DNA of 10,340 nucleotides from Candidatus Micrarchaeota archaeon (GCA_043806595.1 JAZDGU010000036.1:1-10340), one strand, 5' to 3'; counted from the stretch's first letter, positions 1 through 7,278 are shown. Notes: generated by a model from the letters alone, not told the origin. Translations and numbers: made by a program.

Positions 1-839
1 TTGAACAGGTACTCGTTGGAGTAGACGCGCACCTCCTCGAGCTCGCGCAACGCCTTCAGCCTCCCGATATGCACGTCCGCCACCATGCGGTCGGCCGCGG
101 TAATGCTCCACCGCGTGGGCACGAGCCTCCGCCTCTCCTTCCTTCCGAGCATGCCCGCGGTGAGAAGCTTCTGCAGGTAGTAGTATTCGAAGCCCTTCCC
201 GAGAAGCTCGCCGACGGCGTCGCGCGCCTTCAGGTTCTCCTCGATGACCGAGTCGACCTTCTTGGGCACGACAGGGTTTCCGGCGAGCCTCATCTTCTCG
301 AGCTCCGCGGAGGGGCCCATGGGCTGCGATACGGGCGAGAACGTCAGCGAGAACCTCGGCTCGTGCTTGAACCACAGCTCGAGGTCAACAGTCTTTCGCG
401 AGAGCACGACCTCCTGCATCTGGTCGACCTCCCTCGAGCTCTCGCGCACGCCAGTCCTCTTCTTGCCGCGCGCGAGCATGCTCCTGAACGCGACGATGTC
501 CTGCAGGCTGCTCCCGTACCATGCGCGCGGGTCGTCGAGCGCCTCGGCGTTCCAACCCGAGTCGATGGAAACGAGCGGCCCGGCGTCGACTCCGGGGTAA
601 CCGAACGAGCCGACGAAGATGTTCGGCGGGCTCGGGCCGAAGACCTGCCTTTTCAGCCGCAGTCCCTGCTGGAGCCTGATCTCGGTCTCGAGCTTCTCCT
701 GGTGCGCGCATCCGCGCGTGCGGCATATGGGGCAGAACGCTCCGACCCCTGAAGCCCGCGCGCGCGAAAGCGCCTCGCGGGCGATGCTAACCGTCGCAGG
801 CTCGCTCGCCCCCTTCGATAAGCCGAGGAAATCCGACAT
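1..839 (-). CDS. nreA: Nre-family archaeal DNA repair protein (3' end runs off the window)
   Basis: Absent from the ORF track because there is no stop in the window. Manual translation from ATG 839: MSDFLGLSKG...FCPICRTRGCAHQ...VFGPSPPNIFVGSFGYPGVDAGPL...LDDPRAWYG..LQDIVAFRS...PMGPSA...YLQKLLTAGMLG...RRLVPTRWSITAAD...YSNEYLF. G-x-SPP-x-x-FVG-x-x-GYP and RLVPTRWSITA-x-D are hallmark Nre motifs. An in-frame TAG at 863-861 fixes the start. Confidence 0.9.
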   Translation of the reverse strand, partial: MSDFLGLSKGASEPATVSIAREALSRARASGVGAFCPICRTRGCAHQEKLETEIRLQQGLRLKRQVFGPSPPNIFVGSFGYPGVDAGPLVSIDSGWNAEALDDPRAWYGSSLQDIVAFRSMLARGKKRTGVRESSREVDQMQEVVLSRKTVDLELWFKHEPRFSLTFSPVSQPMGPSAELEKMRLAGNPVVPKKVDSVIEENLKARDAVGELLGKGFEYYYLQKLLTAGMLGRKERRRLVPTRWSITAADRMVADVHIGRLKALRELEEVRVYSNEYLF

Positions 840-878
840 GGCAGCTGGTCCCCCAATTGCCTACTTCTGCGCCCGGCC

Positions 879-895
879 CTTTTTATGCGGTTCGC
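879..895 (-). promoter_or_regulatory. Putative BRE/TATA promoter of nreA
   Basis: Minus strand reads GCGAACCGCATAAAAA, the only AT-rich patch in the 74-nt intergenic gap, about 40 nt upstream of the ATG. Confidence 0.45.
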
Positions 896-913
896 ATCCG
901 CGGTTCCGCTGCG

Positions 914-2617
914 CTATTCCGAGAAGTTGACGGTGACCATCTTGCTTGCCGCGTAGAGGAACACGAGGATTGCGGCAGCGGCAAGAATCCAACCCCCGTA
1001 GTCCGGGGCGGCCGCGGCGCCGGCGCCATCCCCGGAGCCGTCGGCCGAGGTCGGTTCGGGCGAGGGTTCCTCGAGCGGAATTACGATCGGCTCGTAACTA
1101 GATTTGCCGTCGGATTCCATTGTGAGGTTGGCGTGGATGATGCTCCCGCCGGGGTTGACGACCCGGAATGAGACGGTCTTGACCTCGCCGGGCTGGAGGC
1201 TCGAGCGCTGTTCCTCGGAATACCCTTCGATTGCGAGCACGAGTCTGATGTCCGGCGCCGGCAGGTTTCCGGAATTCCTTATCGTTGCAACCACGTTTAA
1301 CCATGGCCCGAGGACCTCGCTTGTAAGCGCAACGACTTCCAGTTCCTGCCTCTCGGTGCGCTCGCCGTTCTTGGCCGCGCGCAGGGACGCGGTCGCGTTC
1401 TGCCCGAGGCTGCTGACCTCGATGGGATAGGAATATACGAGCCTGTCCTCGAGCCTCCCGACCTTCACCTTCCACAGCACGGTCCTCTCCTCGTACGGCC
1501 TGAGCAGGATCAGCCTGTCGTGGTTGGTCTTCTCCGCGCCGAGCACGGTGAGCTCCCGGGGGGCGTTGAGGGACAGGGGCACGGCAAGCGTGTGCTCGCC
1601 GTTTTTCACTGTGGCGCTGATCGTCTCGATGGAGTCCTCGCCGACGGTATAGTTCGGCGCGCCGACCGATATGGTGAACAGTTGCGGAAAGTTTTCGACG
1701 TTCGCGAGCTTCACTTCAAGGTTTCTATTCAACTGCACCTTCGTGACGTCCGCGTCCCCGCTCTTGATGACTATGTCCTCCTTGATGTCCTGCTGGTCCA
1801 TGCCGTCGCCGAACTTGAGGTGCGTTGCGTCGAGGAGCATGGCCTCATTGAACGTGGGGTCCACGGGCACCCAGCGGCCGTCCACGAGCGCCTCCACGAA
1901 GGCGTGCGCGCCCCATTTCTCGCCGCTGTAGACGAAGGAGGCCGAGAACTTCGCCGGGATTCCCACTGAGCGCAGCATCGCGATGAGGAGGTGCGAGAAC
2001 TCGTCGCACGTGCCACGGCGCCCGGCGAGCACTTGCGAGGCGTTGAGCGAGGAGGAGATGAACGACGGGTCGTACTCGACGTTGTTGTGCACCCATTCGG
2101 TCAGCGCGACGAGCCGGTCCAAGTCCTTTTCGAAGCCGCTGGTCAGCGCGAGCGCCTTCTCGCGGATTTCCCCGGTCACCCTCGCGTAATGGCTGGACTG
2201 GAGGTAGTGGGCGCGCTCGCCGGGCAGCTCGCCCCTGTACCGGAACGGGAACTGCACGTCCATCCTCGAAGTCATCCCGAACCTCTGCACGTCCGACCCG
2301 GGGTCGAGGCGGAACACGCGTATCTTGTTCCCGTAGTCGTCGGTCTCGACCTCGGTCGGGATGCTCGTCTCCTCGGACAGCAAATCCTGCGAGAGGTAGT
2401 CCTTGAAGCCGAAGCTCCTTATCTCGAGGCTGCTTACCGACTGGCCGGCGAGGTCGACGGTCCATTCCAGGGTGACTTCAGCGGATGCGCTGCCCGCCAT
2501 CTTGGGGTAGACCCCGGCGCCTGCTGCCGAAGCGATGAATGCCGCGGCGAACAGCACCGCCGCGGGGCGAATGCATGAGCGGGCCTGCGCGGCTTTTCCA
2601 AGCGGTTGAGCCCTCAC
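914..2617 (-). CDS. Secreted, C-terminally anchored transglutaminase-like (Cys-His-Asp) protein with Ig-like/CARDB-type domains
   Basis: Triad motifs GTCDEFS, AHAFVE and WVPVDPT, preceded by WVHNNVEYD. N-terminal signal-like segment (AAVLFAAAFIASAAGA). CARDB-like VVATIRNSGN...LQPGEVKTVSF, a Pro/Gly/Ala linker and a C-terminal TM helix. Start is either GTG 2617 (GTGA overlap with the enolase stop) or ATG 2626. Confidence 0.85.
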   Translation of the reverse strand: MRAQPLGKAAQARSCIRPAAVLFAAAFIASAAGAGVYPKMAGSASAEVTLEWTVDLAGQSVSSLEIRSFGFKDYLSQDLLSEETSIPTEVETDDYGNKIRVFRLDPGSDVQRFGMTSRMDVQFPFRYRGELPGERAHYLQSSHYARVTGEIREKALALTSGFEKDLDRLVALTEWVHNNVEYDPSFISSSLNASQVLAGRRGTCDEFSHLLIAMLRSVGIPAKFSASFVYSGEKWGAHAFVEALVDGRWVPVDPTFNEAMLLDATHLKFGDGMDQQDIKEDIVIKSGDADVTKVQLNRNLEVKLANVENFPQLFTISVGAPNYTVGEDSIETISATVKNGEHTLAVPLSLNAPRELTVLGAEKTNHDRLILLRPYEERTVLWKVKVGRLEDRLVYSYPIEVSSLGQNATASLRAAKNGERTERQELEVVALTSEVLGPWLNVVATIRNSGNLPAPDIRLVLAIEGYSEEQRSSLQPGEVKTVSFRVVNPGGSIIHANLTMESDGKSSYEPIVIPLEEPSPEPTSADGSGDGAGAAAAPDYGGWILAAAAILVFLYAASKMVTVNFSE

Positions 2618-3876
2618 GCCTTCCATGAGAACGCCCCGGCCGGCATCGTCTCCTCGATGCGTAGCAGCTGGTTGTATTTAGCGGTGCGCTCGCCGCGGCA
2701 GGGGGCGCCCAGCTTGACCTGCCCGCAGCCGATGCCGACGGCAAGGTCCGCGATGAACGAGTCCTCGGTCTCCCCCGAGCGGTGCGATACCATCACCCGC
2801 CATCCGCCGGAGCGCGCCATGCGCGCGGCCTCGAGCGCCTCGCTGAGCGTCCCGATCTGGTTGACCTTCAGCAGGAGGCAGTTGCCCGACTTTTCCGCGA
2901 TGGCCTTCGCCAGCCTTGCGGGGTTGGTCACCGTGAGGTCGTCGGCCACGACCTGCACCCTGCCTTTGAACTCCGCGGCCAGCCCGGCAAACGAGGCGAA
3001 ATCCTCCTCGTGGAAGGGGTCCTCCACGGAAACGAGCCCGTACGAGCGGATCAGGCCCGCGTGGTATTCCAGCAGCGCGCCCGGGGAAAGTGTCTTCCCG
3101 TCGAGCGAATACTTCCCGCTCCTGCGGTCGAAGAACTCGGTCGCGGCGTAGTCCGCGGCGACGCGCACCCCGCCCCCGTAGCCGCACTCTTCGATCGTCT
3201 TGAGCAGCATCTCGAAGGCAGCTGGCGTGTCCTTGAGCGGCGGTGCGAACCCGCCCTCGTCGCCGACGTTCGTCGCCGCGCCGCCGAACCTTCGCGCGAG
3301 CGCCGCCTTCAGCTCATGGTATACCTCTGCAACCATGCGCGCCGCCTTTGAGAAGCTTTTCGCGCCGACGGGCGCGACCATGCACTCCTGCATCCTCAGC
3401 CCGCCGCCGGCGTGCCTTCCGCCGTTGAGCACGTTCGCGAACGGCACCGGCATCGCGGGCGATCTTCCGGACATCCTTGCGATGCGCGAGTGCAGCTGCA
3501 GGCCGTCGCTTGCCGCCTGCGCCCTGCACGCCGCGAGGGATACCGCTAGCAGCGCGTTTGCGCCGAGCCTTCGCTTGTCCTTCGTGCCGTCCAGCCTGAC
3601 GAGCTCGCCGTCCAGTGCCCGCTGGTCCTCCGCGTCCATGCCGACAACCTTCCTTGCGATGACGGAGTTGACGTTCGACACCGCCTTCGAGACCCCCTTG
3701 CCGGAGAAAGGCCTTCCCCCGTCGCGCAGCTCCATAGCCTCGTGCTTCCCCGTGGAGGCGCCGCTGGGCACCGCCGCCCTTCCGGCGCTGCCGTCGGTCA
3801 ATAGGATGTCGCACTCGACGGTCGGGTTGCCCCTCGAGTCCAGAATCTGCCTCGCCGCCACGCGCTTGATTCTCAT
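2614..3876 (-). CDS. eno: Enolase (phosphopyruvate hydratase)
   Basis: ILDSRGNPTVE, VPSGASTG, NGGRHA, GDEGGFAP, EDPF, DDLTVTN, LLKVNQIG, SHRSGETED and ERTAKYNQLLRIEE. Likely start ATG 3876 (MRIKRV) with SD-like GGTGG upstream; 420 aa. Confidence 0.98.
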   Translation of the reverse strand: MRIKRVAARQILDSRGNPTVECDILLTDGSAGRAAVPSGASTGKHEAMELRDGGRPFSGKGVSKAVSNVNSVIARKVVGMDAEDQRALDGELVRLDGTKDKRRLGANALLAVSLAACRAQAASDGLQLHSRIARMSGRSPAMPVPFANVLNGGRHAGGGLRMQECMVAPVGAKSFSKAARMVAEVYHELKAALARRFGGAATNVGDEGGFAPPLKDTPAAFEMLLKTIEECGYGGGVRVAADYAATEFFDRRSGKYSLDGKTLSPGALLEYHAGLIRSYGLVSVEDPFHEEDFASFAGLAAEFKGRVQVVADDLTVTNPARLAKAIAEKSGNCLLLKVNQIGTLSEALEAARMARSGGWRVMVSHRSGETEDSFIADLAVGIGCGQVKLGAPCRGERTAKYNQLLRIEETMPAGAFSWKA

Positions 3877-3890
3877 GCCGAAACCACCGC

Positions 3891-4448
3891 TCAGAACTTG
3901 GGAATCATCTTCTCCGGGTCGGAGATGCTCGTCAGGCTCGCCCACAGCAGCTCCGGCGTCCACCCGAGGAACGACGGGAAGTAGAACACGCCCGCGGCGA
4001 AGAACAGGAACCCCGCGATTACGCCGTAGTTGAACCACGACGCCTCCGGGGGCTCCGGCTCGCGGTAGAGGTCCGACTTGACGCTCAACGCGAACCCGAG
4101 CGGCGTGCGCTTCATGGCGGCGCTGCTGTACCGCAGGAAGATGAAGCTGAACACTGTCGATGCCAGGAACCCGAAATACCTCGCAATAGTGAAATAAGCG
4201 ACCACGCCGAGCACGCCGCCGAAGAAGAATATCCCGTAATACGGCCCCTGCAGTGCGAGCGCGGTCGCCCGTTCGCTCCCGGTCTGCGTCTTCTCGGCGG
4301 CGTACCAGACGTTGTTCGACGCGGTCTCGCTGAAGCCCTTCGTCATCAGGTACATCTTGCAGTAGAGGTAGTCCTTGCCCCGCAACCTAAGTCTCCGCAC
4401 TTCCCTGACGGCGTCCGCCGTCCTGTCCGTCTCCGCTCCCTCGGGCAT
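3891..4448 (-). CDS. Hypothetical membrane protein (about 3 TM helices)
   Basis: ORF from ATG 4448 (MPEGAETD, 185 aa) with GC-rich third positions. Hydrophobic segments YYGIFFFGGVLGVVAYFTIA, YFGFLASTVFSFIFL and YGVIAGFLFFAAGVFYF. TATA box about 25 nt upstream; 14-nt gap to eno. Confidence 0.75.
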   Translation of the reverse strand: MPEGAETDRTADAVREVRRLRLRGKDYLYCKMYLMTKGFSETASNNVWYAAEKTQTGSERATALALQGPYYGIFFFGGVLGVVAYFTIARYFGFLASTVFSFIFLRYSSAAMKRTPLGFALSVKSDLYREPEPPEASWFNYGVIAGFLFFAAGVFYFPSFLGWTPELLWASLTSISDPEKMIPKF

Positions 4449-4470
4449 GCAAGAACAAGCCGGCGTGTGG

Positions 4471-4487
4471 TTATAAATCCTTTCCGG
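4471..4487 (-). promoter_or_regulatory. BRE/TATA promoter for the membrane protein-eno-transglutaminase unit (probably leaderless)
   Basis: Minus strand CCGGAAAGGA-TTTATAA, with the TATA at 4477-4471, 22 nt from ATG 4448. Confidence 0.7.
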
Positions 4488-4488
4488 C

Positions 4489-4511
4489 GAAAACAAAAGT
4501 CTTTTTTAATT
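4489..4511 (+). promoter_or_regulatory. BRE/TATA promoter of tRNA-Gly
   Basis: GAAAACAAAAGTC-TTTTTTAATT, about 30 nt upstream of the tRNA 5' end and back-to-back with the minus-strand promoter. Confidence 0.6.
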
Positions 4512-4539
4512 GGTGGCGCCACAAGAACCACCTCGCCAT

Positions 4540-4664
4540 GCGGCCGTAGTCCAGTCTGGTAGGACACAAGGTTGCCAAAAGCGCTCCTCCTGATTTCGTG
4601 AAGGATCGGAGTCCTCGTGCCTTGCAGACATCTTGGGACCCGGGTTCAAATCCCGGCGGCCGCA
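4540..4664 (+). tRNA. trnG: tRNA-Gly(GCC) with a 52-nt intron at canonical position 37/38 (intron 4578-4629)
   Basis: Acceptor GCGGCCG/CGGCCGC plus discriminator A; D arm GTCC/GGAC; anticodon stem CAAGG/TCTTG with anticodon GCC at 4574-4576; T arm CCGGG-TTCAAAT-CCCGG. Full BHB: central helix UUGC/GCAG, bulges CA|A and AC|A, outer helix AAG/CUU. CCA is not encoded. Confidence 0.95.
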
Positions 4665-4671
4665 TCTTTGT

Positions 4672-5616
4672 TTATACCCGTCCAGAGGCCACGACGCGCG
4701 GCTTCCGGTTGAGGTCGGCGAGCACCACCCTCGCGCCCTTCGCGAACGCCGCCCTCTTCTCCAGCACGAGCCGGACGCGCTTCGTCTCCCCGGCCTTCAG
4801 CTCCCCCGAAATCCTGCACGGCAGGGCCTGCAGGCCGCAGATTGCGTGCAGCGACGACCCCGCGGCAACTGGCTCGCGCAGGAACCTGACCGCAGCCAGG
4901 TCCAGTTCGATTTCGTCCGTTGCCGCGGCGTCCTCCTTCTTCTCCGCGAGGAGAAAGCCCCTCTCGACGTCCTTCGCGTCGACGCCCTTGAGCGCGGCGC
5001 CGAACCTGCTTCCCGCGCCGACCTCCTTCAAATCAACGTCGTGCTCCTGCAGACTGCGGACTTCGACGAGCCTTTCCAACGGGAACAGCCACGGCCGCGA
5101 GTGCACCTTGAGCACGCCCCTCGATACCAGCCCGAGCGCCACGACGCCGACGCCCTTGACGTCGAAGCAGTGGTCGATTGCGGCCTGCATGGTGCCTTGC
5201 GGCCTTGCAGGCCTGTACGCCGCAATCCCCGCAAGCGCCTCGTCCTCGCTGCCGACGACTTCGATGCCCTCGAGCGACGTGCCCTTTACGAGCGGCTCGA
5301 GCGCGGCCCTGCCCGCGGGCGATAGTATGCACCCCTTCGAGCACGCGAGCGCGTCCGCCAGCAGGATCAGCTCGCCGGCAAACGCATCCAGCTTGTCGAC
5401 GAGCAGCACAGTGTAATCCGCAGCCGACATGGCGAACGCCGCCGCGGTCAGCTTCTCGGGGTATGCGGCTGGCGCCATCAGCGTCCATATCCTGTTTTCC
5501 CGCACCGCGGAGTAGAACATGATGTCCTCGGCCGAGCCGCCCTTGCCGATTTTCCTGCAGAATTCCACCGCGCGGCTCTTCTCCGGTGATATCACTGCCA
5601 CGTTAAGGCTTTCCAT
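4672..5616 (-). CDS. Archaeal SelB-like/EF-Tu-like protein (aSelBL type) with degenerate G domain
   Basis: EF-Tu/SelB domain II signature IDHCFDVKGVGVVALGLVSRG...VEVRSLQEHDVD...GSRFGAALKGVDAKDVERG and a C-terminal RVVASG. The N-terminus IGKGGSAEDIMFY...YPEKL resembles aSelBL and lacks GHxDxGK. ATG 5616 is preceded by SD AAGGAG; 314 aa. Confidence 0.8.
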   Translation of the reverse strand: MESLNVAVISPEKSRAVEFCRKIGKGGSAEDIMFYSAVRENRIWTLMAPAAYPEKLTAAAFAMSAADYTVLLVDKLDAFAGELILLADALACSKGCILSPAGRAALEPLVKGTSLEGIEVVGSEDEALAGIAAYRPARPQGTMQAAIDHCFDVKGVGVVALGLVSRGVLKVHSRPWLFPLERLVEVRSLQEHDVDLKEVGAGSRFGAALKGVDAKDVERGFLLAEKKEDAAATDEIELDLAAVRFLREPVAAGSSLHAICGLQALPCRISGELKAGETKRVRLVLEKRAAFAKGARVVLADLNRKPRVVASGRV

Positions 5617-5633
5617 GGCACTCCTTGTCGCGG

Positions 5634-5648
5634 CCAACGCTTTTATTC
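5634..5648 (+). promoter_or_regulatory. BRE/TATA promoter of the lipoprotein gene
   Basis: CCAACGC-TTTTATT, with the TATA at 5641-5647, 22 nt before ATG 5670. Confidence 0.6.
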
Positions 5649-5669
5649 CCGTGCGCCCATGCTCAACGC

Positions 5670-6143
5670 ATGAGATTCCCGCTTTTGTTCGCGGCCTTCG
5701 CCGCCGCGGTCCTTGCCGGCTGCATCTCTTCCGACAGCCAGTCCCGTTCCAGCCTTCCCCTCGGCGGCGAGCAGTCTGCGCCGACCCCCCTGCCCCCGAC
5801 GTACGCGAAAATCCTGGACTCCCCGGGCGGTCCCGTGAAGGACAACGGGACGAACGAATGGCGGATAGCGACGCTGCCCGTGCGCTACCGCAACCTCGAC
5901 TACGACTACCTCAACCCGCTCTTCGACGTCTACGTTGAACGCGGGGACGTGCAGGTGTTCCGGCGCTTGGGCCTGCCCGCCGACAAGATCGCCCGCGGTG
6001 AGGAGTCCGCATACGACCTCGACCTCAACCGCACGCCCATCTTCATGGGCTATGCCGGAGAGTACACAATCCGCATTCAAATGCGGCCTTTCAGGAGCAG
6101 CGACGTCAACTACACGGACTCCAAGACCTACGACCTGACCTGA
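5670..6143 (+). CDS. Hypothetical lipoprotein
   Basis: MRFPLLFAAFAAAVLAGC is a signal peptide with lipobox LAGC, followed by a Ser/Pro linker and a beta-strand-rich domain; 157 aa; followed by a T-tract (CCCTTTT). Confidence 0.8.
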   Translation: MRFPLLFAAFAAAVLAGCISSDSQSRSSLPLGGEQSAPTPLPPTYAKILDSPGGPVKDNGTNEWRIATLPVRYRNLDYDYLNPLFDVYVERGDVQVFRRLGLPADKIARGEESAYDLDLNRTPIFMGYAGEYTIRIQMRPFRSSDVNYTDSKTYDLT

Positions 6144-6210
6144 ACCCCCGTCCCTTTTCCGCCCGCGCAAGCTATTTATTCGCCGCAAGCCCACGCTTCT
6201 GTCGAGCGCC

Positions 6211-6756
6211 ATGGCCGGTCACCCCTTCCGCTATTCCTTCGAAGCAGTACTCCTGATCATCCTGCTGTTCATCATCTACATGTCGACGCTCAGCTGGACG
6301 AAGCCGCCTTCCTCGGAGCCCACTCCGCGGCCGCCTGAGCGAATCACCGGAAACCCGTTGTGCGACTACCTAATCCTCGACGATTCAAGGCGCCTCGGCG
6401 AACCAGCCTTCCTCTACTACCCCCAGTATTTCCTCAACGACCGGGGCTACGACTGCGATTTCGCGAACAAGTCCGGGAAGGGCTGCTACCAGCTGCGCGC
6501 CCGCCTGCCCGACGGCATCGTGATAACGGGCTACCGCGTCGCCGACTGCGCGGAGAAGTACGGCGAGGGCACACGCGCCGGCTGGCTCTACTGCAGTTCC
6601 GATGAATATGTCCCGCTGCGCAAGAAGGTGGTGTCCGCGGACGGCGAAATACTAGGCTTCGACCGCTTCAGGATATTCTCCGCGGTGTTCGACTCGCTCG
6701 GGCGCATGCAGGCGTGCGACGTCAGCAGGATCGACTACACGCCTTCGGAAAATTAA
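6211..6756 (+). CDS. Hypothetical protein with N-terminal membrane anchor and six-Cys extracellular domain
   Basis: TM segment AVLLIILLFIIYM, Pro-rich linker, six Cys; strong GC3 bias; TATTTATT at 6173-6180 upstream. Confidence 0.8.
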   Translation: MAGHPFRYSFEAVLLIILLFIIYMSTLSWTKPPSSEPTPRPPERITGNPLCDYLILDDSRRLGEPAFLYYPQYFLNDRGYDCDFANKSGKGCYQLRARLPDGIVITGYRVADCAEKYGEGTRAGWLYCSSDEYVPLRKKVVSADGEILGFDRFRIFSAVFDSLGRMQACDVSRIDYTPSEN

Positions 6757-6795
6757 AATACCAGCATCCAACCATAGGTTGAGGTCATTCGAAAA

Positions 6796-7200
6796 ATGTC
6801 TTTCATCAACAAGTTATCCATCGTCTTCGCAGTAGTTGCGGCCGTCATCGAAGGCTGGATTGTACAGAACGAATTTTTCGGCCAGAATCTTACCGGAAAT
6901 CCCTTGATGACCTATGTTCCATTATTGGGCTCTTTCGGAACGGCCTTACTTTGCGCAGCCACCGCATACGGCTTGTCCAGAAGGAGGAAGTGGGCATTCA
7001 ATACCGGGGTTGCCGCGGCAGCGATTTCCATTCTCGCCTTCCTCTACCACGTTTACTTTTTTTCCGTCGAATTCTTGGGCCCGGATGGGAAGCCTTTCAT
7101 AAACGGCGTCGAACTGGCAATAGCGCTGTGGCCGTTCTTCGTCCTTCCGCTGATTTTCGTCGTCCTCTTGTCCCTGCAGCGCAATGAACTGACGGATTAA
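6796..7200 (+). CDS. Hypothetical small 4-TM membrane protein
   Basis: Four hydrophobic segments with a basic loop (GLSRRRKWA); SD-like GAGGT at 6781-6785; lower GC than its neighbours. Confidence 0.75.
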   Translation: MSFINKLSIVFAVVAAVIEGWIVQNEFFGQNLTGNPLMTYVPLLGSFGTALLCAATAYGLSRRRKWAFNTGVAAAAISILAFLYHVYFFSVEFLGPDGKPFINGVELAIALWPFFVLPLIFVVLLSLQRNELTD

Positions 7201-7247
7201 ACGCGCATGCCCAGACGCCTCCCCTTCCGCTGAAGCATTCAGTTAGG

Positions 7248-7254
7248 TTTAAAT
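7248..7254 (+). promoter_or_regulatory. TATA box of the DUF2330-like gene
   Basis: TTTAAAT 24 nt before ATG 7279, which favours that start over ATG 7267. Confidence 0.55.
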
Positions 7255-7278
7255 TCGGGTTGAACGATGCAATATGTC

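Noticed and set aside
69..930. Plus-strand ORFs (227, 118, 103 aa) and short minus-strand ORFs over nreA
   Set aside because: Antisense or off-frame shadows of the motif-bearing NreA frame, expected in high-GC DNA.
914..1080. PGF-CTERM/archaeosortase signal on the transglutaminase protein
   Set aside because: No PGF motif (PDYGG instead) and no basic tail; it is a plain TM anchor.
3877..4038. 54-aa N-terminal extension of enolase in the ORF track
   Set aside because: It overlaps the upstream membrane gene. Enolase homology begins at ATG 3876, which has an SD.
4346..4665. Short ORFs across the promoters and tRNA-Gly
   Set aside because: They overlap a well-formed tRNA and divergent promoters and show no protein features.
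4598..5522. Long plus-strand ORFs (272, 230, 114 aa)
   Set aside because: Antisense shadows of the SelB-like gene.
4540..5616. Selenocysteine system (SelB plus long tRNA)
   Set aside because: The tRNA has anticodon GCC, a 4-nt variable loop and a BHB intron, so it is not tRNA-Sec. The protein lacks the P-loop and SelB domain IV, and no in-frame UGA selenoprotein was seen.
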